Assembly: GCA_043800725.1 (NCBI GenBank)
Contig: JAZDMR010000011.1
Span: 85,369-149,368, forward strand
Reading direction: 5' to 3'
DNA from: a bacterium
GTDB taxonomy: Bacteria > Patescibacteriota > Patescibacteriia > HK-STAS-PATE-3
DNA length: 64,000 nt
The notes below the pieces were generated by a model. It did not search any database and was not told where the DNA came from. It saw only the letters and a program-made list of their open reading frames with translations. Position 1 is the first letter of the stretch. The number at the start of each line of letters is the position of its first letter. This document shows positions 46,530-57,029 of this stretch, one piece after another. The translations under genes were made by a program, and so were the position numbers.

Positions 46530-46780
46530 TGGTTTAGTAATTAATCATTAGCTCACCCATTGTAGCAGAAGCTAATCGTGTAGAATAGTGATGAATTAAG
46601 ATTGCCTGAGCCTGGTATAGCTTGAAAATATGCTCTAAAATAAAAAAGTCGACCGTTGACAGGGAAGGCAAATCTAGGTACTGTACAGCATGTAATTTTG
46701 TGGATAACTATTTTTTGGCTAAAATTACCGAACTTTTCAAGAAACAAGTAAGTAGCAGTGAATGATGATTTATTTGGGTA

Positions 46781-47083
46781 ATGATTATGGATAATCATGA
46801 ACAACAGAAAAGCGCGATGTGGCAAGCTTTCGGGTATGCCTGGCAATTCGGGTATACTATAACTGTTCCTCTTGTTATCTTTGGATTGCTTGGTCGATAC
46901 CTTGATAAAAAGCTTAATACTGATCCCTGGCTTTTCCTGACTGGCATTATCTTGTCGGTGGTTATCTCTACCAGCTTTTTGATGGTGAAAGCCCTGCACA
47001 TTTTTAATAGTTTAAATAATAAAAACACCTCACCGCGGAATTCGGACAGTACCGACCAACCGCCAGCGAAGAAAGATGTATGA
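46781..47083 (+). CDS. AtpZ/AtpI-like small membrane protein preceding ATP synthase genes
   Basis: ...WQAFGYAWQFGYTITVPLVIFGLLGRYLDKKLNTDPWLFLTGIILSVV... matches the AtpZ pattern; stop overlaps the atpB start. Confidence 0.5.
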   Translation: MIMDNHEQQKSAMWQAFGYAWQFGYTITVPLVIFGLLGRYLDKKLNTDPWLFLTGIILSVVISTSFLMVKALHIFNSLNNKNTSPRNSDSTDQPPAKKDV

Positions 47084-47817
47084 CTATTTCCCTTGCTGCT
47101 GAACCAATTTTTCACATCGGCAGTTTTCCCATAACCAACACCCTGATTAGCTCTTGGATCGCCATGGGTGTATTGATTGGTATCTCCCTGATACTACGCC
47201 GGAAGATACGAGAAGTCCCGCGCGGCCTGCAAAATGCCGTAGAAGCGATTTTTGAAGTTTTATTAAACCTGATGGATTCAGTGACTGGTGATCGAGCCAA
47301 GTCCAAGCAGTACTTTCCCCTGATTACAACCATTCTTTTATTTATTATTACGGCGAATTGGATGGGGCTCCTGCCCGGTTTTGGTCCGATTGGAATATAC
47401 GAAATGCACCATGGAGAGGAAGTGCTGGTTCCGTTCTTCCGTTCATCAAACAGTGACTTAAACGTTACTCTGGCTTTGGCAATCATTTCCGTGCTGTCAA
47501 TGCAGTTTTTCGGCATCTTGGCCATCGGTTTTGTTAAATACTCCAAGCGGTTTGTAAATTTCCGTAATCCGATTATGGGATTTGTCGGCATAGTGGAGTT
47601 TATTTCAGATATTTCGAAAGTGCTGTCCTTTTCCTTTCGATTATTCGGGAATGTTTTTGCCGGAGAAGTGCTTTTGGTGATCGTGGCCAGCTTGGTGCCC
47701 CTGATCGCTCCCATACCATTTTACTTCCTCGAAATATTCGTGGGATTTATCCAAGCCTTTGTTTTTGCCATTTTAACTCTGGTGTTTATTAAAATTGCTA
47801 GTTTAGAACCACATTAA
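47080..47817 (+). CDS. atpB: F0F1 ATP synthase subunit a
   Basis: ...FRLFGNVFAGEVLL... essential Arg motif; 5-6 TM helices. Confidence 0.9.
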   Translation: MTISLAAEPIFHIGSFPITNTLISSWIAMGVLIGISLILRRKIREVPRGLQNAVEAIFEVLLNLMDSVTGDRAKSKQYFPLITTILLFIITANWMGLLPGFGPIGIYEMHHGEEVLVPFFRSSNSDLNVTLALAIISVLSMQFFGILAIGFVKYSKRFVNFRNPIMGFVGIVEFISDISKVLSFSFRLFGNVFAGEVLLVIVASLVPLIAPIPFYFLEIFVGFIQAFVFAILTLVFIKIASLEPH

Positions 47818-47897
47818 TTAACCATGGTCTGAACCGTCGACGTTAAACCCCCCTATCCCATCTGTCGAACGTAAGGACCAAAAGAAAGGAATAAAGC

Positions 47898-48125
47898 ATG
47901 GAAGAAGAATCAATTAAGCTAATCGCGGCCGGTCTGACTATCACGCTAGGAGGCATGGTTCCGGCCTTCGCGATTGGTAAACTGGCTGCCAAAGCAATGG
48001 AATCAATCGGCCGGAATCCTGAGTCTGCTTCAAAGATTCAGGTTCCCCTCCTGATTGCTATGGCTTTTGCTGAAGCAATTGCGATTTACTCGCTAGTGGT
48101 GGCCCTGATCATTAAGTTTGTTTAA
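47898..48125 (+). CDS. atpE: F0F1 ATP synthase subunit c
   Basis: 75-aa hairpin proteolipid; ...[17 protein letters not shown]... with the conserved carboxylate. Confidence 0.9.
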   Translation: MEEESIKLIAAGLTITLGGMVPAFAIGKLAAKAMESIGRNPESASKIQVPLLIAMAFAEAIAIYSLVVALIIKFV

Positions 48126-48241
48126 ACACTGATTCGTCTGTTGACGCATCCGGTATTCCTAGGCCAAGGCAAGACTTGGAGTACCGGGGAGTGAATTGAT
48201 GAGTTAATAATCCAATCGTACTATAAGTAGCAAAATCTCCT

Positions 48242-48739
48242 ATGGAAATTCTCGAAAAATTAGGCATTGATTTTCGACTTTTGATCGCTCAAATTATTAA
48301 TTTTGGCATTCTTATTTTTTTGCTATACCGGTTTGCTTATCGACCGATCATTAGGGTCTTGGACAATCGGGCCAAGCGGATCGAGCAGTCATTGGTTGAT
48401 GCCAAAAATATTGAACATCAGCAGGTAGTAAGTGAGGAAGCCTACAATGCCCGCCAAGCGGAAGCTCAAAAACAGGCTGACACGATCGTCACTCAAGCCC
48501 GCGGTCAAGCAGAACAATTAAAATCGGAAATGCTAAAGAGCGCAAAAACTGACGCTCAAGTCCTGCTGGAACAGACCCAGGAAGAAGCCCGAACACTGAA
48601 AGCTCAAGCTATTGATGAAGCAAAGTCCGAACTGGCTGATCTGGTCGTGGCTTCAACTGAGAAAATTATTGGACAGAAGATGACAGCGGAAAAAGATTTG
48701 GAATTTATTCGTAAAACACTGCCCAAGTTAAAGCAATGA
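48242..48739 (+). CDS. atpF: F0F1 ATP synthase subunit b
   Basis: N-terminal TM plus long charged helix. Confidence 0.85.
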   Translation: MEILEKLGIDFRLLIAQIINFGILIFLLYRFAYRPIIRVLDNRAKRIEQSLVDAKNIEHQQVVSEEAYNARQAEAQKQADTIVTQARGQAEQLKSEMLKSAKTDAQVLLEQTQEEARTLKAQAIDEAKSELADLVVASTEKIIGQKMTAEKDLEFIRKTLPKLKQ

Positions 48740-49137
48740 AATATTCGCCCACCCATTATGCAGCGGCTCTAATAGCCACTACGGCTCAGGCCAAGGAGGA
48801 AGATCTGATGAATATTCTTAAGCGATTCCATAAAATTTTGATCAAACGCCGCGCTATTCGTCAGCTTCCGTTGATAATCGCAGCTTATGAGAGATTACAA
48901 CGAGAAAAATCCGGGCGGATTGCCGTATCGCTGGCTACCGCTCGAGCCATTGATTTAGACGTTCTGACCCGTGAACTGGAGAGCGCTCTGGGCAAATCAG
49001 TCGAGCTGTATCATGAGTTGCGCCCCGAACTTTTAGGCGGCGCAGTAGTCACAGTTAAAGACACCCGGATTGATGCCAGTCTGAGTACTATGCTTGAGCA
49101 ACTTCGTCACACCCTGGCCCATTCAATAAATAATTAA
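48736..49137 (+). CDS. atpH: F0F1 ATP synthase subunit delta (short form)
   Basis: OSCP-like; position between b and alpha; overlapping stop/start. Confidence 0.75.
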   Translation: MKYSPTHYAAALIATTAQAKEEDLMNILKRFHKILIKRRAIRQLPLIIAAYERLQREKSGRIAVSLATARAIDLDVLTRELESALGKSVELYHELRPELLGGAVVTVKDTRIDASLSTMLEQLRHTLAHSINN

Positions 49138-49158
49138 CATTTTAAAAAGCTAAATGGT

Positions 49159-50664
49159 ATGAAGACAACTGATCAGGTACTTGAACTCCTAAAAAAAGAA
49201 TTACAAGGCTTTACTCCCCAGCCGGAAACTGCCCATATTGGCACGATTATTGAAGTCGGGGATGGAATTGCCAAAGTCTCAGGACTTTCCCAGGTAAAAT
49301 CCTACGAAGTAGTCACTTTTCCCGGCGATATTTATGGAGTGGCTTTAAATCTTGAAGAAGACACGGTCGGAGTAATGATCCTGGGTGATTATACTGCCCT
49401 GAAGGAAGGCGACACAGTCAAAGCGACCGGACGAGTCCTTGAAGTGCCCGTGGGCAAAGAGCTTATCGGTCGGGTGGTTAATCCTCTGGGACAGCCTCTT
49501 GATGGAAAAAGTCCGATCAAGACAAAAACCACTTCAGTAGTGGAAAAAGTTGCCCCGGGAGTGATCACTCGAGGACCAGTAAACACCCCGGTTCAGACCG
49601 GCATCAAGGCCATTGATTCCATGATTCCAATAGGCCGCGGACAGCGCGAACTAATTATTGGAGACCGACAAACCGGCAAGACCGCTATTGTAGTGGACAC
49701 GATTCTTAATCAAATTGGCCAGGATATGATCTGTGTTTATGTGGCGATTGGCCAGAAAGCGTCAAAAGTCGCCAAGATGGTTTCCGAGCTGGAAGCCCGC
49801 GGAGCCATGGCTCATACGATTGTCGTAGTAGCTACCGCCTCTGATCCCGCCCCATTGGCTTTTATTGCTCCTTTTGCCGGTTGCGCCATGGGTGAATATT
49901 TCCGGGATACGGGAAAAGATGCGCTGGTCATTTACGATGACTTATCAAAGCATGCTTGGGCGTACCGTCAAGTATCTCTATTGCTTCGCCGTCCGCCCGG
50001 ACGAGAGGCTTATCCGGGAGATATTTTTTACCTCCACTCACGTTTGCTGGAACGGGCGGCCAAACTTAACCAGGAGCAGGGCGGAGGCAGTTTAACGGCC
50101 TTACCGATTATTGAGACCCAGGCCGGTGATATTTCTGCTTATATTCCAACCAATGTTATTTCAATTACTGACGGACAGATTTATCTGGAAAGCGATCTTT
50201 TTTACCAAGGAATTCGTCCGGCTTTAAACGTGGGCTTGTCAGTTTCTCGGGTTGGTTCTGCCGCTCAAGTCAAAGCCATGAAGCAGGTGGCTGGAAAGCT
50301 CCGGATAGAACTGGCCCAGTTTCGAGAGCTGGCCGCCTTTGCTCAATTCGGATCTGATCTTGATGAAACAACCAAGAAACAGCTTGAACGTGGCCGCCGA
50401 CTTACCGAGGTTTTAAAGCAAGGCCAGTACCAAACCCAGCCGGTGGAACACCAGGTGGCCGTAATTTTCTGTGCGATCCAGGGGTATTTTGACAGTCTGC
50501 CGGTTGAACAAATACAGGAAATTGAGAAAAAGTTTCATGCTTATCTTGACAATCGGGCCGGAAAGCTATTGGAGAAACTCAGGACCAAGCAAGAATTAAC
50601 CGAAGACATTGAATCAGAACTTCGGTCCACGATCGAGAATTTCTTACAAACCATCAAGCAATAA
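49159..50664 (+). CDS. atpA: F0F1 ATP synthase subunit alpha
   Basis: Walker A GDRQTGKT; 501 aa. Confidence 0.95.
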   Translation: MKTTDQVLELLKKELQGFTPQPETAHIGTIIEVGDGIAKVSGLSQVKSYEVVTFPGDIYGVALNLEEDTVGVMILGDYTALKEGDTVKATGRVLEVPVGKELIGRVVNPLGQPLDGKSPIKTKTTSVVEKVAPGVITRGPVNTPVQTGIKAIDSMIPIGRGQRELIIGDRQTGKTAIVVDTILNQIGQDMICVYVAIGQKASKVAKMVSELEARGAMAHTIVVVATASDPAPLAFIAPFAGCAMGEYFRDTGKDALVIYDDLSKHAWAYRQVSLLLRRPPGREAYPGDIFYLHSRLLERAAKLNQEQGGGSLTALPIIETQAGDISAYIPTNVISITDGQIYLESDLFYQGIRPALNVGLSVSRVGSAAQVKAMKQVAGKLRIELAQFRELAAFAQFGSDLDETTKKQLERGRRLTEVLKQGQYQTQPVEHQVAVIFCAIQGYFDSLPVEQIQEIEKKFHAYLDNRAGKLLEKLRTKQELTEDIESELRSTIENFLQTIKQ

Positions 50665-50668
50665 TCTC

Positions 50669-51583
50669 ATGGCTCAGGAAACACGCGAACTTAAACGCCG
50701 CATTCGAGGCATTACCAATACCAAGAAAGTCACTAAGGCAATGGAAATGATGGCTGCTTCAAAAATGCGTCGGTCAGTCGATGCCGCCCTGGCTTCGCGT
50801 GATTATGCTCTCCGCGCCTGGGAAGTTCTGACTAATCTTTCTGAGGTGACAGATCCCAATCTGCATGCTCTGCTGACTAAACGTGAAATGCACAAAGCGC
50901 TGATAATCGTTTTTACTTCTGATCGCGGATTAGCAGGCGGCTTAAACACCCAAGTGATAAAAAAAACTCTGGAACTGGTAAAACAACACCCCGAAGCTAC
51001 TCTCGAGTTCATCACGGTGGGGAAAAAAGGGCAGGAATTGCTTATCCGGTTCGGCTTTCCGGTGATCGCGACTTTCCCCGCCCCAAGTCGGCAGCCATCA
51101 TTTGCTGATATTCTTCCCATCGCCCGAATTGCTATTGATGAATATATCCGAGGAAAATACGATATGGTGACCATGGTTGGGACTGATTATTTGTCAGCTC
51201 TTGCCCAAAAACCCCGTCTTCGGACAATTCTGCCAATCACTCGAGCCAATTTGCAGCAAGTGATTGCTGAAACCGGTCCGGCGAGGGAATCTATTGATCT
51301 GGCCAAGGCGGGAGAAGTGGCAGAATATCTTTTTGAGCCGTCAGCTGATGAAGTGCTGACCGCTATGCTTATCCGACTTGTTGAAATGCAGCTTTATCAA
51401 GCCCAGCTGGAAGCCTCAGCCTCAGAGCATGCGGCCAGGATGCTGGCCATGCGGAATGCCAGTGATGCGGCTGAGGATCTGATTACCGAATTAACTCTTA
51501 TCTTTAATAAAGTGCGGCAAGCCGGCATTACCAAAGATCTGGCAGAAATTTCTGCTTCACGTCTGGCCCTTACTATTGAATAA
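50669..51583 (+). CDS. atpG: F0F1 ATP synthase subunit gamma
   Basis: MAQETRELKRRIRGITNTKKVTKAMEMMAASKMRR; start moved from track 50609 to the ATG at 50669. Confidence 0.9.
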   Translation: MAQETRELKRRIRGITNTKKVTKAMEMMAASKMRRSVDAALASRDYALRAWEVLTNLSEVTDPNLHALLTKREMHKALIIVFTSDRGLAGGLNTQVIKKTLELVKQHPEATLEFITVGKKGQELLIRFGFPVIATFPAPSRQPSFADILPIARIAIDEYIRGKYDMVTMVGTDYLSALAQKPRLRTILPITRANLQQVIAETGPARESIDLAKAGEVAEYLFEPSADEVLTAMLIRLVEMQLYQAQLEASASEHAARMLAMRNASDAAEDLITELTLIFNKVRQAGITKDLAEISASRLALTIE

Positions 51584-52987
<1,404 letters not shown>

Positions 52988-53000
52988 GCCGATTCCCAAT

Positions 53001-53462
53001 ATGGCCAAAACATTTCAATTTGACATCACCACCCCGGAGCGTACGGTTTTTAATCAAGCAGTTGCTCAGGTGTCACTACCGACCAGCAGTGGTGAAATTA
53101 CTATCCTCCCAAATCATATCCCGATTGTCTCACTGCTTGTGCCGGGCGTGCTTCGGATTATTAACCCTGATGGGGTTGAGGAAATTCTGGCGGTTTCCGG
53201 CGGGTTTATTGAAGTTCACGGGAGCAAGGTGACAGTCCTGGCAGATACTGCCGAACGAGCGGACGAAATCGATGAAGCGCGGGCTGAGGCGGCCCGAAAG
53301 AAAGCGGAACAAGCAATGAAGGATAAAACAGATACCGTGAAATTCACTGATGCCGCCTCAAGCCTTGAGCGGCACTTGGCCCGGCTAAGCGCTATCCGGC
53401 GGAGGAAGCAGCGGTATCATCGGCCCAAAGATGCCCATACCCCTAGCCCGATTCAAGAATAA
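53001..53462 (+). CDS. atpC: F0F1 ATP synthase subunit epsilon
   Basis: N-terminal beta-sandwich ...SGEITILPNHIPIVSLLVPGVLRI... Confidence 0.85.
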   Translation: MAKTFQFDITTPERTVFNQAVAQVSLPTSSGEITILPNHIPIVSLLVPGVLRIINPDGVEEILAVSGGFIEVHGSKVTVLADTAERADEIDEARAEAARKKAEQAMKDKTDTVKFTDAASSLERHLARLSAIRRRKQRYHRPKDAHTPSPIQE

Positions 53463-53466
53463 GCCT

Positions 53467-53910
53467 ATGTCCGGACTGTTAAAGTGCTCGGCAACGATCA
53501 TCACTTGCATTGACTATCGTATTCAAAGCCGAATCCGGGAATTTTCTGATAACGCGGCTGGCAAGGGCCGGTATGACTATATTACTTTGGTCGGAGGAGT
53601 TCGTTTATTGGTGCGAGGGAGCAAATCAGATCGTGAATTTATTATCAAAGAAATTGAAATAAGCGTCCGGTTGCACGGTCCCCGGAAGATTATCTTGGTC
53701 GCTCACACAGATTGCGGGGCTTACGGCGGCAGATCGGCTTTTACCGGCCAAGATGCAGAATTTCACACCCACCGGCAGGATTTGCAAGCCGCTAAGCAGC
53801 TGCTTAATAAGCATTTTCCAAAACAAAATATTGAATTATGGATTATAAAATATTCTGATACTGACAATCCGGCTCAAATCGAAAATTTCTCCCGCCCGAT
53901 GGCAGTGTAA
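53467..53910 (+). CDS. small beta-carbonic-anhydrase-like protein, putative (Cys...Asp-x-Arg / His-x-x-Cys zinc motif)
   Basis: CIDYR ... HTDCGA resemble the beta-CA zinc ligands CxDxR/HxxC, but the protein (~147 aa) is shorter than typical beta-CAs. Confidence 0.35.
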   Translation: MSGLLKCSATIITCIDYRIQSRIREFSDNAAGKGRYDYITLVGGVRLLVRGSKSDREFIIKEIEISVRLHGPRKIILVAHTDCGAYGGRSAFTGQDAEFHTHRQDLQAAKQLLNKHFPKQNIELWIIKYSDTDNPAQIENFSRPMAV

Positions 53911-53983
53911 ATTGAACAGGCTCGCCGTCGTGTTTATGCCCCAGAATATGTTTGTATCAGAAATGATCCAGAACATCAAATAA

Positions 53984-54054
53984 ATTTCCAACAAGCTGGA
54001 TGAGCAGGAAAGAAGCGCTTTGGTTGGACTGTTTCGAATGAAAGAAACGATCAC
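53984..54054. repeat. ~70-bp imperfect direct repeat copy 1 (copy 2 at 54643-54713) flanking the orphan gene 54179..54514
   Basis: atttccaacaagctggatgagcaggaaagaagcgctttggttggactgtttcgaatgaaagaaacgatcac vs atttccaacaagttagacgagcagaaaagaagcgcgccggttggactactgaggatgaaagaaacgattgc. Confidence 0.7.
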
Positions 54055-54178
54055 ATAAACTATAGTTAGCCACGGCATACAACAGCGGATATGAGAAAAA
54101 GAGAAATAAGTTTTTTAATAAAAAGGCTACTCGGCTTGAAGCCGAGTAGCACAGGCGTACGGTACAGAGTGAAACTAC

Positions 54179-54514
54179 TCACAGACCGAGAACAGCACGC
54201 TCTGCGTCGCTGAGCTTGGCCAATGCGGCTGTTCGCACCTCAAGCGCGGCGTCCTCATCGTCGTGTACAGTGATCTCCTGACCACTGAAGATGAAGTAGC
54301 GATCGCCATTTGTAATAATGAGCACCTCCTGGGTCTCGTTATAGGACTTGTCGGTTTGGCCCTGGGCCCAAGCAGTAGCGACTTGTGAGTCCTTGAAAAA
54401 CCCCAGGGTTTTGGTTTTTCGTCCATCTTCGTCAGTTTTGCAGACTTCAGTCATTACCACGACGGTATAACCGTCGAGCTTGAGACCAACCAAGTTTTGG
54501 GCGATTCCAGACAT
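54179..54514 (-). CDS. hypothetical protein (111 aa) in a repeat-flanked cassette
   Basis: ORF with higher GC than its surroundings; flanked by the ~70-bp direct repeats. Confidence 0.4.
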   Translation of the reverse strand: MSGIAQNLVGLKLDGYTVVVMTEVCKTDEDGRKTKTLGFFKDSQVATAWAQGQTDKSYNETQEVLIITNGDRYFIFSGQEITVHDDEDAALEVRTAALAKLSDAERAVLGL

Positions 54515-54642
54515 TGTGACACCTACCTTTCAAAGGTTTGGGACAAATGAGCTGCTCAGACTGCCTTATAATTCTTGGCAGACCTTAACACTTAGCAAGA
54601 ATTTAGTCAACGCATAGATACTCATTTCTATTTATCCAATAT

Positions 54643-54713
54643 ATTTCCAACAAGTTAGACGAGCAGAAAAGAAGCGCGCCGGTTGGACTACTGAGGATGA
54701 AAGAAACGATTGC
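54643..54713. repeat. ~70-bp direct repeat copy 2
   Basis: See 53984-54054. Confidence 0.7.
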
Positions 54714-55009
54714 CTAGGTAAAGAATAGTACTAAGACGTCAATATCATACCCACGGACTACCACCGCGAAGCGGGGTCCCGCTTCTATATTTTTAAAAAC
54801 AGCTGTCGCGGGAAAGTCCTATTCACCGGCACTTAAGTGCCGTCTTGGAGAGCCCCAAAGACCCGGCTTCAGCTGGGGTAGGTAAGCTTTAGCTTATTGT
54901 TTTAATTGACTTGGCAAAAACATCACCAAGAAATCGTTTCAATGGTATCAAAAGCCCCGATGCTATTCGGTTGAACAGGTCGGGGCTTTTTAGGTTTCAG
55001 AGAATTGCT

Positions 55010-55303
55010 TTAGTTTCGATCGCTGTAACCTTGGTTTCCGCGCGGTGGGCGCTTTTCCATAGGTCGAGCTTCGTTCACGACCAGAGCGCGATCTTCTTGC
55101 TCTTTGCCGTTGAACATTTCGATAGCTGCTTTGGCTTCTTCATCTGTGGCCATGTCGACGAAACCAAAGCCGCGTGAGCGTCCGGACATCCGGTCGATGA
55201 TCACCTTGGCGTCCTCAACTGTCCCGGCTGGGGAGAAGAGTTCGCGCAAAGCATCGTCGTTGACGCTGTAGGGCAAGTTTCCGACGTAGAGTTTTTTTGC
55301 CAT
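55010..55303 (-). CDS. RRM-type RNA-binding protein
   Basis: RNP-2 LYVGNL and RNP-1 RGFGFVDM motifs; 97 aa. Confidence 0.85.
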   Translation of the reverse strand: MAKKLYVGNLPYSVNDDALRELFSPAGTVEDAKVIIDRMSGRSRGFGFVDMATDEEAKAAIEMFNGKEQEDRALVVNEARPMEKRPPRGNQGYSDRN

Positions 55304-55595
55304 GTAAAACTATATATTTACTTATCAATTTGCTCATCTTTTCGGCTGACCTTTCACTCTACGCCAGATGGCGAGACTACCGAATTGAATTGCACCAACA
55401 TAGTAACATATTCATTTGTAAAGTAAATAGGTTTAATTTGCTGATTATTGCTAAATAGGCTTGTCTCGGGCGTTCTTTTCAAGTAGGCAAATATGGGCTG
55501 TCAGCCGTTATATTAAATGCGCTTAATGACTGGCAAATATTAAAAAGAATAAAACCCCACCGCGCTATAACTATAACGAGATGGGGTTTTTTAAA

Positions 55596-56408
55596 TTAAG
55601 CGTGCCATGATGTGGCTTTTTCCGGGTGGCATATTTTGCAGTCATCCTCAAAGCAACTGCAATGCTCGGTAACAAAAGTCATTTTAGCGTCGCCGGGCCA
55701 GGTGACCGGAATGCCTTCCACCTCAAAGCGTACTGCCTGACAGCGTCTCTCCATCAACTCAGCTAAAGACTTATTCCTGGCTTGTTCTTGAATTGTGCGC
55801 GTGATGCGCCACATAACATCTTTTATGAATTCAGTTATAGACACATGTAGCGTCCCATCATCAGGCAGATCATCAATGTGTACTTTGATCCAGGGTATAA
55901 TCGTGATTTGCCGTTCTATTCCATCATTACATTGAATGCTGATTTCATCGGTTGGCATAGTCAGGCGATCTTGAAAAACCGCATAGCTGAGAGAAGGTAT
56001 TGGCCAGACAATATACCAGCGGCCAGGAGTGAGCAAAGATCCGCTGGGCACCAGAATGCGAGTGTGGGGATGAACCTGAAAAATCATACAGTACCTGAAA
56101 ATGAAAAACACAGCAGATGCTATGGCAATTCGATATATCTGGAAAAACTGGATCGAACCAACCTCTTTAATAAAGCTTTGGAAATACAGCGTTATAGTTA
56201 CTAAAACACATACGACTGCTCCGGGAAGCATCAGTTGATATAATACCTGAATCCACTGGGGATGATACCAGCCATGATTAATACCGTTCTTAGCCAGGAT
56301 AATTGAATTTAAACTGACCCAGCCCCCAAAACCAATTATTATTAACGCAAAATAATCAACTGGCGGGGCCTCGGGAAGGTGGAAAAATAACCGAATTCCA
56401 ACAGGCAA
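55596..56408 (-). CDS. hypothetical membrane protein with Cys/His-rich C-terminus
   Basis: 270 aa; N-terminal TM helices; C-terminal ...HCSCFEDDCKICHPE... Confidence 0.4.
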   Translation of the reverse strand: MPVGIRLFFHLPEAPPVDYFALIIIGFGGWVSLNSIILAKNGINHGWYHPQWIQVLYQLMLPGAVVCVLVTITLYFQSFIKEVGSIQFFQIYRIAIASAVFFIFRYCMIFQVHPHTRILVPSGSLLTPGRWYIVWPIPSLSYAVFQDRLTMPTDEISIQCNDGIERQITIIPWIKVHIDDLPDDGTLHVSITEFIKDVMWRITRTIQEQARNKSLAELMERRCQAVRFEVEGIPVTWPGDAKMTFVTEHCSCFEDDCKICHPEKATSWHA

Positions 56409-57029
56409 TCCAAATTATCCACAATGAACCCATCAAATAACCCAGAATATATTTTTTACTTGGCATGCGGCCCTCCTTAGCTTGTCAAAGACCAATTATC
56501 CTAAAGAGGCGGTATACCTCGCGGTTTATGGCTGTATTTAGGCATTGTTGGCGAATATCTGTCAAATTAGGAATGGGGTTCTACGTTTTCGACTTTATAG
56601 TTAAGCAAGCTATGTTGCGCAACAGTAGTTATTACCCCTTAATCTGCGGTTTTACTTTGATGTATCAGCACCATGCCTTTGGCGAAAATTTGCTGTTAAT
56701 GTTTGGCCTAACCTTAGCTAATAACTCTGGATTACCTGAGGTTTTATAGTTAGGGGTTTAATCCCGTTAGAGGCTAACCTCTAACGAGGGTTGACAAATC
56801 GATTGACATACTATATACTGTCAGGTTAAAATCTATTTCGTTGTAGTTCTTTCATCTCACATCTCACACAAATAATCGTTCTTTCTTTCTCGTAAAAACA
56901 GCACCTTTTCGAAAACCTACGGAGGATAGGAAAAAGTCAACAAAAAGTTATAAACTATCGAATTTTATCTTGTAGCTTTCTGTTGGCTTTTTATTAAACA
57001 ATAATTTATCGCAATTAACTAAAGGGAAT

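Noticed and set aside
46553-46999. 148-aa minus-strand ORF
   Set aside because: It overlaps the AtpZ-like gene, which is in operon context with atpB, and the 46026..46529 gene region. Its sequence is low-complexity and lacks an RBS.
54740-54900. Strings resembling RNase P RNA CR-I (GGGAAAGUCC) and CR-IV (AGACCCGGCUUCAG)
   Set aside because: The region is only about 150 nt. It lacks the P4 partner arrangement and the rest of the RNase P core. It is more plausibly a cluster of terminator or leader hairpins for the flanking convergent genes. It is left as unassigned non-coding.
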